A stretch of 64,000 bases of DNA from Octopus vulgaris (taxonomy: Eukaryota), in contig OX597814.1 of NCBI GenBank assembly GCA_951406725.2, positions 126,170,001 to 126,234,000 of the forward strand, read 5' to 3'. Each line of letters starts with the position of its first letter. The first letter of the stretch is position 1. The notes below the pieces were generated by a model. It saw only the letters and a program-made list of their open reading frames with translations, was not told the DNA's origin and did not search any database. Shown in pieces: positions 12,341 through 25,759 of the stretch. The translations under genes were made by a program, and so were the position numbers.

Positions 12341-13143
12341 AATTTACCAGAACTTTCAACTGGTATGTACACCTCACTTAAGATTTTTAAAAAAAGCATT
12401 CATATACATACTTTTGACTACTGGAACATGCAGATATGCTTCATGAGGACACAACTTTGTACACTATGTGCATATCTATGTATGTCTTTGTGTGTGTCCT
12501 CCGCTATTACTTGACAACCAGTGTTGGTTTCTTTATGCCTCTGTAACGTAGTGGTTCAGCAAAAGATACCAATGAAATAAATACTGAGGTTGATTTGTTT
12601 GCCTCCACACACATGGATCACAGGCTTTTCTTAGTTTCCATCACCAAATCCACTTCCAAGATTGTGGTTAGCCTGAAGCTATTGTAAGGAAACACTTAAA
12701 CCAAGATGGTGTGCTGTGGGACTGAACCCAAAATCACATGATTGTGTAGTGATCTTCTTAACCATAAACCCATACCTGCACCTATTTCATGTGTATGTAT
12801 CCATGTGTGTGCATATGAATGGTATGCATATATATATATATATATATATATATCAATCATCATCATCATCGTTTAGTGACCATTGTCCATGCTGGCATGG
12901 GTTGGACGGTTTAACCAGGGCTGGCAAGCTGGAAGGCTGCACCAGACCCCAGTCTGATTTGGAATGGTTTCTACTGCTGGATGACCTTCCAAACATGAAC
13001 CACTCTGAGAGAGTAATAGGTACTGTTTGCGTGACACTGGTATCAGCCACAACTGCAATTTTACTTAGTAATATATGGTAATAGTGTGGTTTATTCTCTG
13101 TCAGTCTTGATATTGAGCATTCAGCAGTCTTGTGCGCACGCAC

Positions 13144-13192
<49 letters not shown>

Positions 13193-13539
13193 CATAACAT
13201 ACAACCTGATTCCAGAAATCAATACAGCCCTAAACAGTCATTGATATAAAAGTACTGCATTGAGACCATTCATAATTTATGATAACAACTGGAAACAGAC
13301 CCTCTAACAAGAATCTTCAATGGATACACTAAGCCCAAGACATCAATTCAACCTTTCATTTTAGTTTAACAGTGGAGCTTAACTGACTGAACTTTAACCC
13401 TTTAACCTTTAATCAATGTGTGTGCTATAATTTAAAATGCTTCTGTGAGAGCAATACTATTTTACTACAAAATTTATCACCCCATTTTGCAAATAATGAA
13501 ATTGATAGTCTTCTCATCCATCAACCTTGTGGTAAAAAA

Positions 13540-13616
13540 AATTATCATCATCATAATTATTATTGTTACTATGATAATAATAATAATAATAATAATAATG
13601 ATTATTATTATTATCA

Positions 13617-13662
<46 letters not shown>

Positions 13663-13701
13663 CATTATTACAATAATAATTAACAATAACAATAATAATA
13701 A
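13540..13701. repeat. Compound (AAT)n/(ATT)n/(CAT)n microsatellite
   Basis: Direct reading; source of the poly-I/N/Y ORFs. Confidence 0.97.
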
Positions 13702-16700
13702 TGCCAGCCTCAGCTGGCCCCCATGCAGGTGACACGTAAAAAAAAATAATGATAATGGCTTCTGAATCAGGCACAAGGTCAACAGTTTTTTAAGGGAGGG
13801 AGTTAGTCATGTTGATCCCAATATCTGACAAGTATTTTGTTTTCTCAGCTCTGCAGGGACAGAAGATGAAATTAGATGATACCATTGACCCCAGTACTTG
13901 ACCTGTACTTTATATTATCAATCCCTGAAAGGATGAAAGCAAAAGCAGATGTCAACAGAATGCAATGCTTTATTTTGAGTTCAAATTCTCCTGAGATCAA
14001 TTCTGCATCCCCATCCTTCCTGGGCCAATAAAATAATTACCAGTTGAGCACTGGGGTTGAAATAATCCACTACTCCCCCAGCTAACATTTAAGGCCTTGC
14101 AACTATAGTAGAAAGGATTATTATTATTTTTATCATCATCATCATCATTATCATCATCATCATCATTACACTAGTGCATGCTAATTTAGTTTGCAGGTAC
14201 TTTATCTTGAGGTTTGGTGACAACAAATTTCAAATTACAAGAATCTTCCTTAAGAATTTTGCAGAATAAAGTATTGTATTTTTCTACTAGTTGACATTGC
14301 AAGTTTCAAATCCACCTCTACCACAACCACCCTCATCATCATCATAATTACCCAGGCCTTGTGCTTACAGTAGACAGGATTGTCAGAATTATTTTCATGC
14401 CTCTTTTGGGACATCTCTTGCCTCAAATGCTATTTTCACCTAAGTGTGGCACTAGTATGGAAAGCAGGTATCAAATGAAATGGATGATGGAATAAACTAT
14501 ACATATGTACGCACGCACACACACACACACACCATCATCATCATCATTTAACATCCATGTTCCATGCTAGCTTAGCTGGGACGATACCGCAAAAACCAGC
14601 CAGGCCAAAGCCTGCACCAGGCTTCTGTCACTATTATCACTCTATATCCACTCCCCATGTTAACTTGGATTGGATATTTCGACCAGATGCTGTGGGTCAG
14701 AAGGCCACATTTTACTGCAGTAATAGAGTTTTTGCCAGATTTTGACAGTTGGATGCCTTTTCTAATACCAACCACTCTACAGAGTGTAGTGGGTGTTTTT
14801 GTGTGGCACCAGCACTAATGAAGTTACCCTGTAACTTGCAAGACTGAAGAAGGAGGATAAAGAGGATATCAGATCTGTATAGGTGAACAAGAGTAGGAGT
14901 AGTCAATGAGTGAGGTATGATGAGAATAAGGGATGGATGCTGGTTGGGACTTGTACAGCTGAGAGGGAGTGGTGACTAGCAATATATTGATGGAATATTG
15001 TAGGTTATTATAGTAACAGTTTCTGCTTTCGCTTCTTAGTTGTGTGCATACTGTGTATATGCATCATGCTTTGAGAACTTCAGTCAAAACATGCTAGCAT
15101 AATGGGTGTATGCATACCTATATGCATTTGTGTGTACAGGTATATATAAACAGACGCGCACACAATCTTAAATAAATACATATATGTATGTACATAAATA
15201 TATGTGCATACATATATGTATGTGCACACACACCCATACACATGCATGTGTGTATTTATATTTACTTTTTGTTCATATAATCCATCTTATTCCAATATTT
15301 CCATATTTTCTAGGATTTTTTTTTTTGTGTAAGAATATTATAGGCAGATAATTTTGTGTTGCATACATTGTATATATCATGTAGATACATAACAGTGTGT
15401 GTGTGTATACACACACATATTTTAATGTGCACATGTGTATGTGTGTTTATGAGTTTTTGTAAGTTCACACAAGAAATTACTGAAACACAAATATTCAAAT
15501 GCTTTTATTTATTAAGGAAAATATCTCTGAATTTATTTTTTGAAAGGGATGTTATTTTCTCATCATCAGTGCTACTGAGCATCAGATCTGACAATTGGAA
15601 CAAAAGAAATCTTAAATATATCATTGATAATTCAATATTTTGAATTTTACATGCATTTGAATTGTGTGTGTGTGTGTATGAGAGAGAGAAAGAGATGAAT
15701 AAGAAAGAGAAAAAAAGAAGTTTTAATATAATGACTAGAACATTTCATATAAAAGCAAGCAGATCGAATTTCTGGGATTTAAATAGTGAAGGAAATGAAA
15801 TTTAAGAAAATATAACAATATTGAATTTAGCAAATGGAATTTTCTAACGAGTTTTCTATAGATTTCCTGCAAACACAGTGTCTAATTGGAGCTGATTATA
15901 TTGCAAAGGGAAGAATTTAGTAGATATCTAATCACAATTGGCAAAATGAACCATGCCATTCCTGGGGCTTTATAAACAAATCATCCTATGGCATTTTACT
16001 CTCAGATTTCTTCCTCACATTTTCTGGTTGGTGGCTACGATTATTCACACAATTCATGCATGCAAATATGCGAATGTATGTATTTCTGAGTGTATGTGTG
16101 TGGTCTTTTGTGCATATACACATGTATAGGTATACAAACATAATTACACATATACACACATGCTCACACAAATGGAAACATTGTCATAACCAGGCACGTA
16201 ATGACAAATACACACACACATGCATATACGCACTGTTTCTTACTTTGAATGACACCCACATACATCCACTCTATTTATCACATGTGAATACTTAATCTTT
16301 TTTTCTTAATGTCACCCACCCATACATACACATACAATCTCTCTGCTCCCTCCCACCCTCATCTTCCTCTCTCTCTCTCTTTCCTCTACCTTTACATGTA
16401 ATCACACACTTACATGTATACACTGTCATGTGTATATATACAACTCTGTTAGCAATACATGCAATTACACGCATTGTAGACTGATGGTAATCTAATGGTG
16501 AACCAAATTTCTGACAAAGGTTCAATTCACATCTGCACTATTTCATTTCTCTCATTCATCATGCCTAAATGCAGTGGTCTAGAGAGGGATGATCTCCACC
16601 ACACTGTTTTGCCCTCTACTCAGTAAAAATAATACAATTGTGTTCCAAAGACCTATTAATCATCATCATCATCGTTTAACGTCCGCTTTCCATGCTAGCG

Positions 16701-17644
16701 TAGGTTAGATAATTTTGAGCCAACCGCTCCAAGAGTGAGAACAAAACTTTTTGTAAACATGCTTATGCACACAACTCAAATATATACACACACATGCATG
16801 AGCACATATACATATGCACAAATTACCCCTACAAGCATGCATATACCCATCATACATATACATCAGGGAGCTTCTACATAGCTACTCAGCTTGCCAGAGA
16901 CGACTGCAAAATCTCCCCCAAATATCTCTTGCACAACCATCTTTAAAAAATGTGATGTACTGAATAATGTAACATGATACATTTAAAAATAAAGGATGAG
17001 CAGGACTAGAATATCTTCAGACCTGGGGCTGATCTGAGGCTAAACAACAACACAACACATCATCATAGTGACGAGGATGATATAGCGGTGGAGGTGGTGG
17101 TTGTGTAGTGGTAATGATGATGATGACAATAGTGACAAATTTAGGTGTAGATAAAGTCAATGAATTCAACCCTAGTATTTTAATAAACTGTATTACAGGC
17201 ATTGTGTACTTTTTCTCTCATTAGTTAAACCAAATGGACAAACACCTGTACAAATTATCCATGTGTATGTGCATGCGTGTGTAAATACTGTGAATATTTG
17301 AAGAAATATATATACGTTAATGATCTAAAGTCAAAACAATGCATGTTATAAAAATTAATGATTCAGGTTGATGGTTTGCATTGTTATTGAATATTTCATT
17401 ATTTCAGAATTAGTACTCACTCCCTCTTGAGGAAATTTATGGAGAAAAGCTGCCTCTGCTTTGTAGTGTGTGTGTGTACATTTATATATATATATGAGAC
17501 AATACTTCATAGAAAACTATATTACTATGTAACATGTTTACATAAATATGTATATACGTGTGTGTATATATGTGCATGCATGTGTTTGTACGTGTGTATA
17601 CATGTGTGCGTGTGTTTACATGTGTCTATGTATGTATGTGTGTA

Positions 17645-17760
<116 letters not shown>

Positions 17761-18472
17761 TGAAATAGTGAAATGACTGAAATCATTGGAAAAGTATAGA
17801 TTCCATAATTTCAAGCATTACTGTTTTGTACTGTATGCAAGGAAAGCAAAGCAATATGTGACCACATGATTTAGGCCTGAAGTACTTCCACTTACTGTAA
17901 TTATCAATAATTTGTTTACCAAGCATGTTTGTGTTTTTGATCAATGATTTTTCTTGAAGATTGATGATTTGTGATAGCTCTCAGTTTTGTTTAATAGCAA
18001 CAGACATTTACAACTCCAACTATCTACTCAAATCTACCAAAGTCTTGTCGCAAATGACAAGCTAATTTGTAATATTCACTAGTTAATCAAACTGTTAAAA
18101 GAGAGATTCTTAATTAGGCCAGCACGTCTGCTGTAAGTAGAACTTATCAATAAATAGTGAAGTGTCATGTTTCTGCAATTTCCTAATCTTCTTAAAAGTT
18201 TCATATTAACACTCTTGTATAATAACACTTACCATTGATACTACTTAATCACCATTCCAAGAGAAATTTTATTTTCTTTTGACACATGACACAACATGCT
18301 AATGGTGATAATGCTTATGTTCAATTCAAGTGGAAGCTTCCTTGTATTTTTCCTTCTAGTATTCAGAACTATTTTCCTTCCATTCAAAAGTTGATGGCAT
18401 ATTTTACTTGTCATCCGTGCAAGTTTCACTGCTACACAAAGTAATTAATGGTTTTACATTTTCATTTTGTTC

Positions 18473-18509
<37 letters not shown>

Positions 18510-18629
18510 TGCTTGCATATACTTTTATAATTATATGCATATCTTCATATGTATATAAATACACAGATATACACACATTTATATATACATGTATATAAAC
18601 ATGTGAATGTATGTATGTAAATGCATATA

Positions 18630-18662
<33 letters not shown>

Positions 18663-18666
<4 letters not shown>

Positions 18667-19340
18667 TCATCATCATTTAACATCCGTTTTCCATGCTAGC
18701 ATGGGTTGGACGGTTCAACTGGGGTCTGGGAAGCCAGGAGGCTGCACCAGGCTCCAGTCTGAATTGGCAGTGTTTCTACAGCTGGATGCCCTTCCTAACG
18801 CCAACCACTCCGTGAGTGTAGTGGGTGTTTTTTACGTGCCAGGGGAGGCTGGCAGCGGCCATGATCGGCTGGGGCTTTTTACGTGCCACCAGCACAGAAA
18901 CCAGTCATGGCAGCGCTGGCATCGGCCACATTCGGATGGTGCTTTTTACATGCCACCGGCACAGGTATCACAACTACTATATTCATCGATATTTATTTCG
19001 ATGTTTATGTACTTGACTCAATAGGTCTCCTCAAGCACAGCAGGTCATGTGCCACCGGCTCAGAAGCCAGTCAAGGCAGCGCTGGCAATGACCAGATGGT
19101 GCTTTTTACGTGCCGCTGGCACAGGTGTCGTAACTACAATTTCCATTTGATATTTATTTTGATATTGATGTACTTGACTCAATAGGTCTCCTCAAGCACA
19201 GCAGGTCACTCTACAATCCAAGGTAAGCACAGCAGGTCGTTCTGCAATCCAAGGTACTTTGAATGGGCTGGGACTATGCAAAACTGGTGCAGGAAGCAGC
19301 CCGGGTCTTTGCAGTCACAGCATATCTCCTGAGATCTTGA
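18663..19340 (-). mobile_element. Dispersed retroposon (SINE or non-autonomous LINE derivative) with (GAT)n tail and internal duplications
   Basis: (cat)n-ttaacatccgttttccatgctagcatgggttggacgg...gctggatgcccttcctaacgccaaccac recurs at ~11355-11550, 12856-13070, 14533-14850, 43680-43900, 61580-61800 and inverted at 48800-49050. Strand inferred from the simple-repeat tail. Confidence 0.8.
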
Positions 19341-19464
19341 ATATATATATATATATATATTCATTCATTCATATACATATGCACATATTTGCATATATAT
19401 TCATACATACATACATACATACACACATACATACATGCATGCATGCATATGGATATATGCCATA

Positions 19465-19640
19465 ATATGTCAAGTTACAAAAGAGAAGAAAAAGAATTCA
19501 TAGCATTCAAACAGTTTCTAGATGAATATCTCCCACAAATTCTAGATAAACCAGCTACACCCAGGCATATCTCTACAAACAATAACTCTTTATTCGAATG
19601 GGCTATGATTCCCAAAGAATGACTGGCCAATTCTGACCAA
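19465..19640 (+). mobile_element. CR1/L2-group LINE extreme 3' end
   Basis: FKQFLDEYLPQILDKPATPRHISTNNNSLFEWA matches the FK..LD.FL..IPD.P......NSL C-terminal pattern of this LINE group. Confidence 0.7.
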
Positions 19641-21764
19641 AATTTATCTAAGTATATATGTGTGTGTGTGTGTGAGAGAGAGAGAAAGAGAGATTAATCA
19701 GAGTATTATAGATTTATTTCGGCCTATCTTACCTACTGATTTTTTCCCTGAGTATTCTCTAATACTGTATACTTTGATTATTATACCAACTCCATTGACA
19801 AATATATGAGTCAATACTTTTTCTGACTTATGGATTCCTAGGCTTCAGTATGTGTGTGTGTGTTTATATATATGTATATCATTATTGTAATATGCACCCC
19901 TATGTGTGATATTGTTGAGAAGAAAATGAAAGGACTATCAAATGTAGTGTAGTTTAAAAGAGTGTGGCAAACATAATTATTGTTGTCATAGGCTTCATCA
20001 TCATCACCATCATTATCATCATCACTGTCATCTTCATTATCTATCTCCTTTTCCTTTGCATCATCATGCACAATTTTAATTTTTTTTTTAAGTCCATTTC
20101 TCCCTCTAGTCTTGGTTTTTATAGAACTGCCATCAGCCACTCATCATTAAACAATCCCTTGCTGGTTCACCTGTATTCGTACCTATCATTCTGTGATCTA
20201 ATTCAATTCCTTACCTTTGTTTAATTTATATCATAAATACTGAAGCTATGTTGAGCATAAAAATATAAATTATTTAATATCATAATTATTTTATCCAGTA
20301 CATCATAAGCAGACATGTACCTGACAATGTAAAAGTAGATGTGTGTATGAATATGTATGTGTTATTACAGATAGAAATGCACGATAGTGTTAATGTATAA
20401 ATTACGTAATCAGAAGAGACATTAATAAATAATAAAAAAAAAGAAATGGAAACTAATTGCGGAACTGTTAATTACTATGTGGAGCAGTGAAAACATTCAC
20501 ATGGATATCAATAAAACTATGAGAAAAGTTGTTGTTATCATCATCATCATTGTTGTTTAGCTCTATGAACAAAGACATTCCAGCATATCTTTGATTATCC
20601 TGTCTTTCTGCAGAAAGACAGGATGACTAAATTTTGCAAAGTGATCTTACTTTTTTTAAGATAGTATTGTGAGATTCAAGAGATATTTGGCTATTATTTC
20701 TTGCAAGACAATCTACGTTGTAGATGCTCTTTCATTAGCACATTCTTGTCTTTGTTGTTTTGAATAGTGTTTGCCATTGCTTCCTGTAAAGATATACTAG
20801 AAATTACAACCAAATGTCCATCAAATTGGACCTTTCTATCTCTAAAATTGGAAGATACATTTGGATTGTATAGTGCTGGACACACAAAAAATCCGGCATA
20901 GTGATGATGGCTAGAATGTTTCTGATAAGTGTCTGCTTACAGTTGATTGAACCAAGTTTTAAACTGACATTCAATATCTAGTCTTGATCATGCTATTTTA
21001 TTGTGTGGGAAGCTAGGTACTGATTATTCAGAAGTCATAGTGGTTAATATTCCAAAGTCAGTGGAGTAGACAATAGAATCTATTGAAGAGAATTTGCATG
21101 GTTGATATGGCACAGGCATGGCTCTGTGGTTAAGAAGCTTACTTCTCAACCATGTGGTCTTAGGTCAGTGTCAGTGTGCAGCACCTCAGGCAAGTGTCTT
21201 CTGACCACAAAGCCTTGTGAGTGGATTTGGTAGATGGAAACTGAAAGAAGCTTCCCTCTTTGTGTGTGTGTGCCCTTGTCTAGACATTATGTGATGCTTG
21301 TAAATGAACATCATTATCATACGAGCAAGGTTTTTTGTTTCTAGTCTTCCATGAAAAAATCTAGCTTTCAGAAAATATTACCCTTACTATGAAACAAGTG
21401 AGAGTTGATGACTGGAAGGGCATTTCTTGAGGTAGAAAAATCTGTCCCAACAAATTCCATCTGATCTATGCAAACATGGAAAATCATAATGATGATGTAT
21501 AATGAGCCATATAGAAGAACTTTAAGGGTTCAAACATCTTGATGACTGGCCAAGCAGACATATGCTCAAAAATATTCAAATCATGATACTACTATCATTA
21601 TTTCTACAAAGAATCACATTATTCCAATCTATACCGATTTCCTTTCTTTTTTTCAGAGGATAGTTGAATGCTATTTGAAGGAGATTTAGCTGTTATTTTT
21701 AGCAGATTTAAGCAATGCATAGATGTTCCCTCATTAACTGCAAAGTTACTAGAAAATTATTGTT

Positions 21765-21950
21765 GTTGTTGCTTTATCTAGATTAGCTTCGATCATGTAG
21801 GCTTTTGATCAAAATTATTCAGCCATGACCATATCCCCTTTATTTCAAAATAGTTTTTCTATGACAATACCCATTTTTGAAGGAAGGTAAGATTTTAGGG
21901 TATGATTTGAGAATTTGATTGTTATTTCTAGCAAGTTGTGTGGCCACCTA
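21765..21950. mobile_element. Dispersed ~190-bp repeat family with a (TTG)n end
   Basis: Motifs ttgttgtttag..caggtcagccctgatcaagcagacctatgatcaaagg and gatttgagggagatttggctgctatttctagc recur at ~1760-1945, 2420-2480, 16870-17055, 20550-20735, 21550-21740, 26250-26410, 56330-56505, 57735-57945 and 58550-58740, in both orientations. Confidence 0.7.
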
Positions 21951-22738
21951 GAATTAGATAGAAAGTTACCAGAAACAGAAACAGTAAATATTCTCTCTCT
22001 CTCTCTCATTATCCACTCTCTCTCTCTTATTATTCACTCTTTCTCTCACATATCAATATTATAGGTAAAATTTGACATTTCATATGACTTGTATTTATAA
22101 CCTATTTACACTTATTGTATTAAATTCTGAGATGGAAGCAATTTATCATTTCAAATTTCTTAACAACAGACTAAGAGAAACTATTAAATATCCTGACTGG
22201 TAATAATTATTATTACTATGCTTTAGAAAACAACATATTGTTACTGTCAAGTTTTGGTGAGAATCAGGTATTACATGTTAATAATCATATAATCCTTATT
22301 TCTTTGGCTGAACTCTAACCCAAGTAGTTCTCATTATATTTTTCCAAAATTCTTCTCAGTTGTCAATCACTTTCAATTTTGCTCCATAATAATGCAGAAT
22401 GTTGAGTCTTCTATTAATGATGCCTGTTGATTGAAACCAAGCTACTTTACTGATATAATTGGACATTACAAATATCTATAGCACTCAAGCTGAGATTACA
22501 TTTTCAATAAGTTATTAGCATTAAAACATGTCACTGCAGAATTGAAGTGTGTGTGTGTGTGTGTTGGAAGAAAGATGTTAACTGATGATGATATATTTAT
22601 ATATATATATGTGTGTGTATGTGTGTGTACGAGATATATATAATGCTTTTTAACTTTTATATGTGTGTGTGTGTGTATTTATATATATATATGTTTTATA
22701 ATTCTTTTATATGTATAAATGTATACTTTTTAACTCTT

Positions 22739-22810
<72 letters not shown>

Positions 22811-23040
22811 ATGTATGTTTGTATATGAATATAGGTAACATTTTTAATTTGAACAGTTATTCAGAAAACATTTTCTAATGGTATTTACTGTGATAAAAAT
22901 AATGATTTATATTTTAAGTAGAAATTTTGCAATTTTGTTTTATTTTTCCAATATTTCATTTTACTTCTTGAAATAAAAACTGAAACCAAAAAGAATTCTT
23001 TTTAAAAAATATAATTAATCATGATCTCATTATCATAATG

Positions 23041-23105
23041 GAAAAATATATTGGTCTGTTGCAAAATATATTGGTCTGTTGAAAAGTATATTGGTTTGTT
23101 GAAAA
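23041..23105. repeat. 20-bp tandem repeat x3
   Basis: gaaaaatatattggtctgtt / gcaaaatatattggtctgtt / gaaaagtatattggtttgtt. Confidence 0.9.
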
Positions 23106-25376
23106 TGCAAGCTATAGCACTTTACTATTTATTTATTTCCCCTTCATCATAAACTTGTGAAATAAATTGTGAAACGCTCTCTGAAATATTATCAAGAGAA
23201 AACAATAGGATCTGTCTCAGATTGAAGCTTTATACCAATACCATTTTCTCCAGAAAATATATTTCCACACCATCTCAGTTACCTCAGTTACCTTGACATT
23301 TGTTGTATTAATCAATGAAAATCAATTTTGTGCAATGATGACCTCTCAGCTCCAACTTGATTCTTCTAACACAACCAACAAGGTTTTGGTCCCTTTTCAT
23401 CTTATGATTAATTGAATCATTAATATTCAAACAGGCAGCCTAGTTTCTGGTTGATAACAAGAACTTTGCAACTTTAGACAATCAAGGGGGGGAAAATATC
23501 ACAATAAACTTGACTTTTTTTTTTCATTTTCATGATTCAAAGTAATTAAAACTGTTTTTTTAATGAAAACAAACAAAAGCAAAATATTTAAATATTCATC
23601 ATTATTTTGTGAAGTTAATTTTCTGTAGCTATGATTTATAGGATGATTGCTGCAGCTTCCCATATTACTCTTTTGATTGAGGGTCTTTTATTTTATTATC
23701 ATCATGCCTGAAGAAAAAGGGCACTGACCACAGCTTACAGGTGTTCTCTAAGATCAGAAGGTGAATTAGATTGCTACGGTTTATTTCAAGTAATTCAAAT
23801 AACAAAAGAAATTCTCAAGGAGCTTTGATGTTGGTTGGAGAGGATTGTCTATGTTTGTATAAAATATGTTATAGCATAAAACTAACCATGAAAACAGTTG
23901 TCTGGTAGTTATGACAATTCTTTTTCTTTAAGTATGACTTTCTAATTGATAGAAATCTTACATGGGGCTGTTTTTTAAGTAGCATTTTTAGAAAAGGCAG
24001 TCTGATTTTAGAATTCTTAGATATGGTTGTCTAATAGATAGAATTCTGTTTACATGTACTGAATATGATATTTAACCTCTTTACAACTGAACCATTAATA
24101 GTTTATACCATTCTAGTTCCGTTTATTGCAATTGGTCCTTCCTCTATTTTAGACTGACTAGTGATATTCGTTATTTCTACAGAAATATAAAACCAAATGA
24201 GAAAACAAATCCTTGTTTGTTTTGAGCTTATCTGATTGATATCTCACTCAGTGACTTCATATTAAGTCACTCTCTAATCTAGTTTACACGAATTTTATAT
24301 CAGCTGGATTTTAGATTAGTTGCTGTAAAATACAAACCAATCCAAATTTAATCATGATTTTCCTTATCATATTGGAAGTAGGTTTCCTGATAGTGTTGCT
24401 TTCTCAAAATTATTCTTAACATACTCCTGGAATATTTACCAAATATTACCAATACATTTCTAATTTTCTCTGCAGAATGAAAGGAAAAAAATTTCTCTGC
24501 TTGAATTATCAGTTAATTCAATGAATTATAACCAAGGACTTCATGGATTTATTGAAGACTACTGAATTATTTTCTATCATTACTCTGCATTACTCTGCAA
24601 ATATGATCATGTCTATATGCTGTCAGCTGCATCACCTATCAATATAATTATTGATAAGACAGAATTAAATTCTATGGGTAGGTTAGCTTAATCTTAGAAA
24701 ATTAACAAAGAAAAAAAATGGTCATATTTTGTATAGTAAAAATTATTTAGTAAATCTTTTAACATCTGATAAAGATAAAGTATATCAATTTTGATTGTTG
24801 TATAAATTAATCAAAATTTGACCTAAACCTAAACCCATGTAATAATAATGAGTTTATTTCATGCAGTGTTCAGGTGTATTACAAAAAACAGTTAACCTTG
24901 GCCAAATTTGAATCCTGAATGCAAGAGCTGAAACAAGTATCTTAAGGTAGTTTCTTCTGTGCTCTGATGATTCTGCAAATTTACCACTTATATGTAGATA
25001 AATGCACTTTATCACTTCAGGAAACCCTCTAGAAATGTCTGCTCAAATACTATGAAAAAGAATTTGGCAAAAGGAGAAAGAAATAAAGTTTCAGGTTTAA
25101 GCTAACAAGGAGATTCCTCTCTTCATAGATGGATGTATAAATTAAATATTCCTTGAATCATTCGTTTACAATCTAATGACTGAAACAGTCATTAGACTGT
25201 AACCATGCTGTGGCATTGTCTTGAAGAATTTTAGTTGAGTGAATCAATCCCAGCACTTATTATTTTAAGCCTGGGGCTTATTCTATCAGTCTCTTTTGCT
25301 GAAACTCTACTTTATGGGGACGTATATACACCAACGCCAGAAGTCAAGTTGTTGTGGGAAACAAACACACACACTG

Positions 25377-25759
25377 ATAGACATTCTAAAAAAAAAACTT
25401 GAGACTATTGCAATAGCTATATTAAAATACAGGTGCATGCATGGACGTGTGCTAAGAAGTTTGTTTCCCAACCACATGGTTCCAGGTTCAGTTCCACTGC
25501 AATGCATCTTGGCCATATGCCTTCTATTATAGCCTTGAGCCGACTAAAGCCTTGTGAGTGGATTTGGTAGATGGCAACTGAAAGAAGCCCAACAAGCTTT
25601 GGTCAGCCCATGGCTATAATAGAAGAGATTTGCCCAAGGTGCCTTGCAGTTGGACTGAACCTGGAACCATGTGGTTAAGAAACAAACTTCTTAGCGCACA
25701 GCTATATTTTGATATAGCTATCGCAGTAGTCTCAATTTTGTTTTGTTTAGAATGTCTAT
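25377..25759. repeat. ~380-bp inverted duplication of a SINE head plus its unique flank
   Basis: atagacattctaaa..ttgagactattgcaatagctatattaaaata mirrors tattttgatatagctatcgcagtagtctcaa..tttagaatgtctat; two inverted SINE heads lie inside. Confidence 0.92.

Noticed and set aside
13420-13782. Overlapping poly-I/N/Y ORFs
   Set aside because: Trinucleotide microsatellite read-through.
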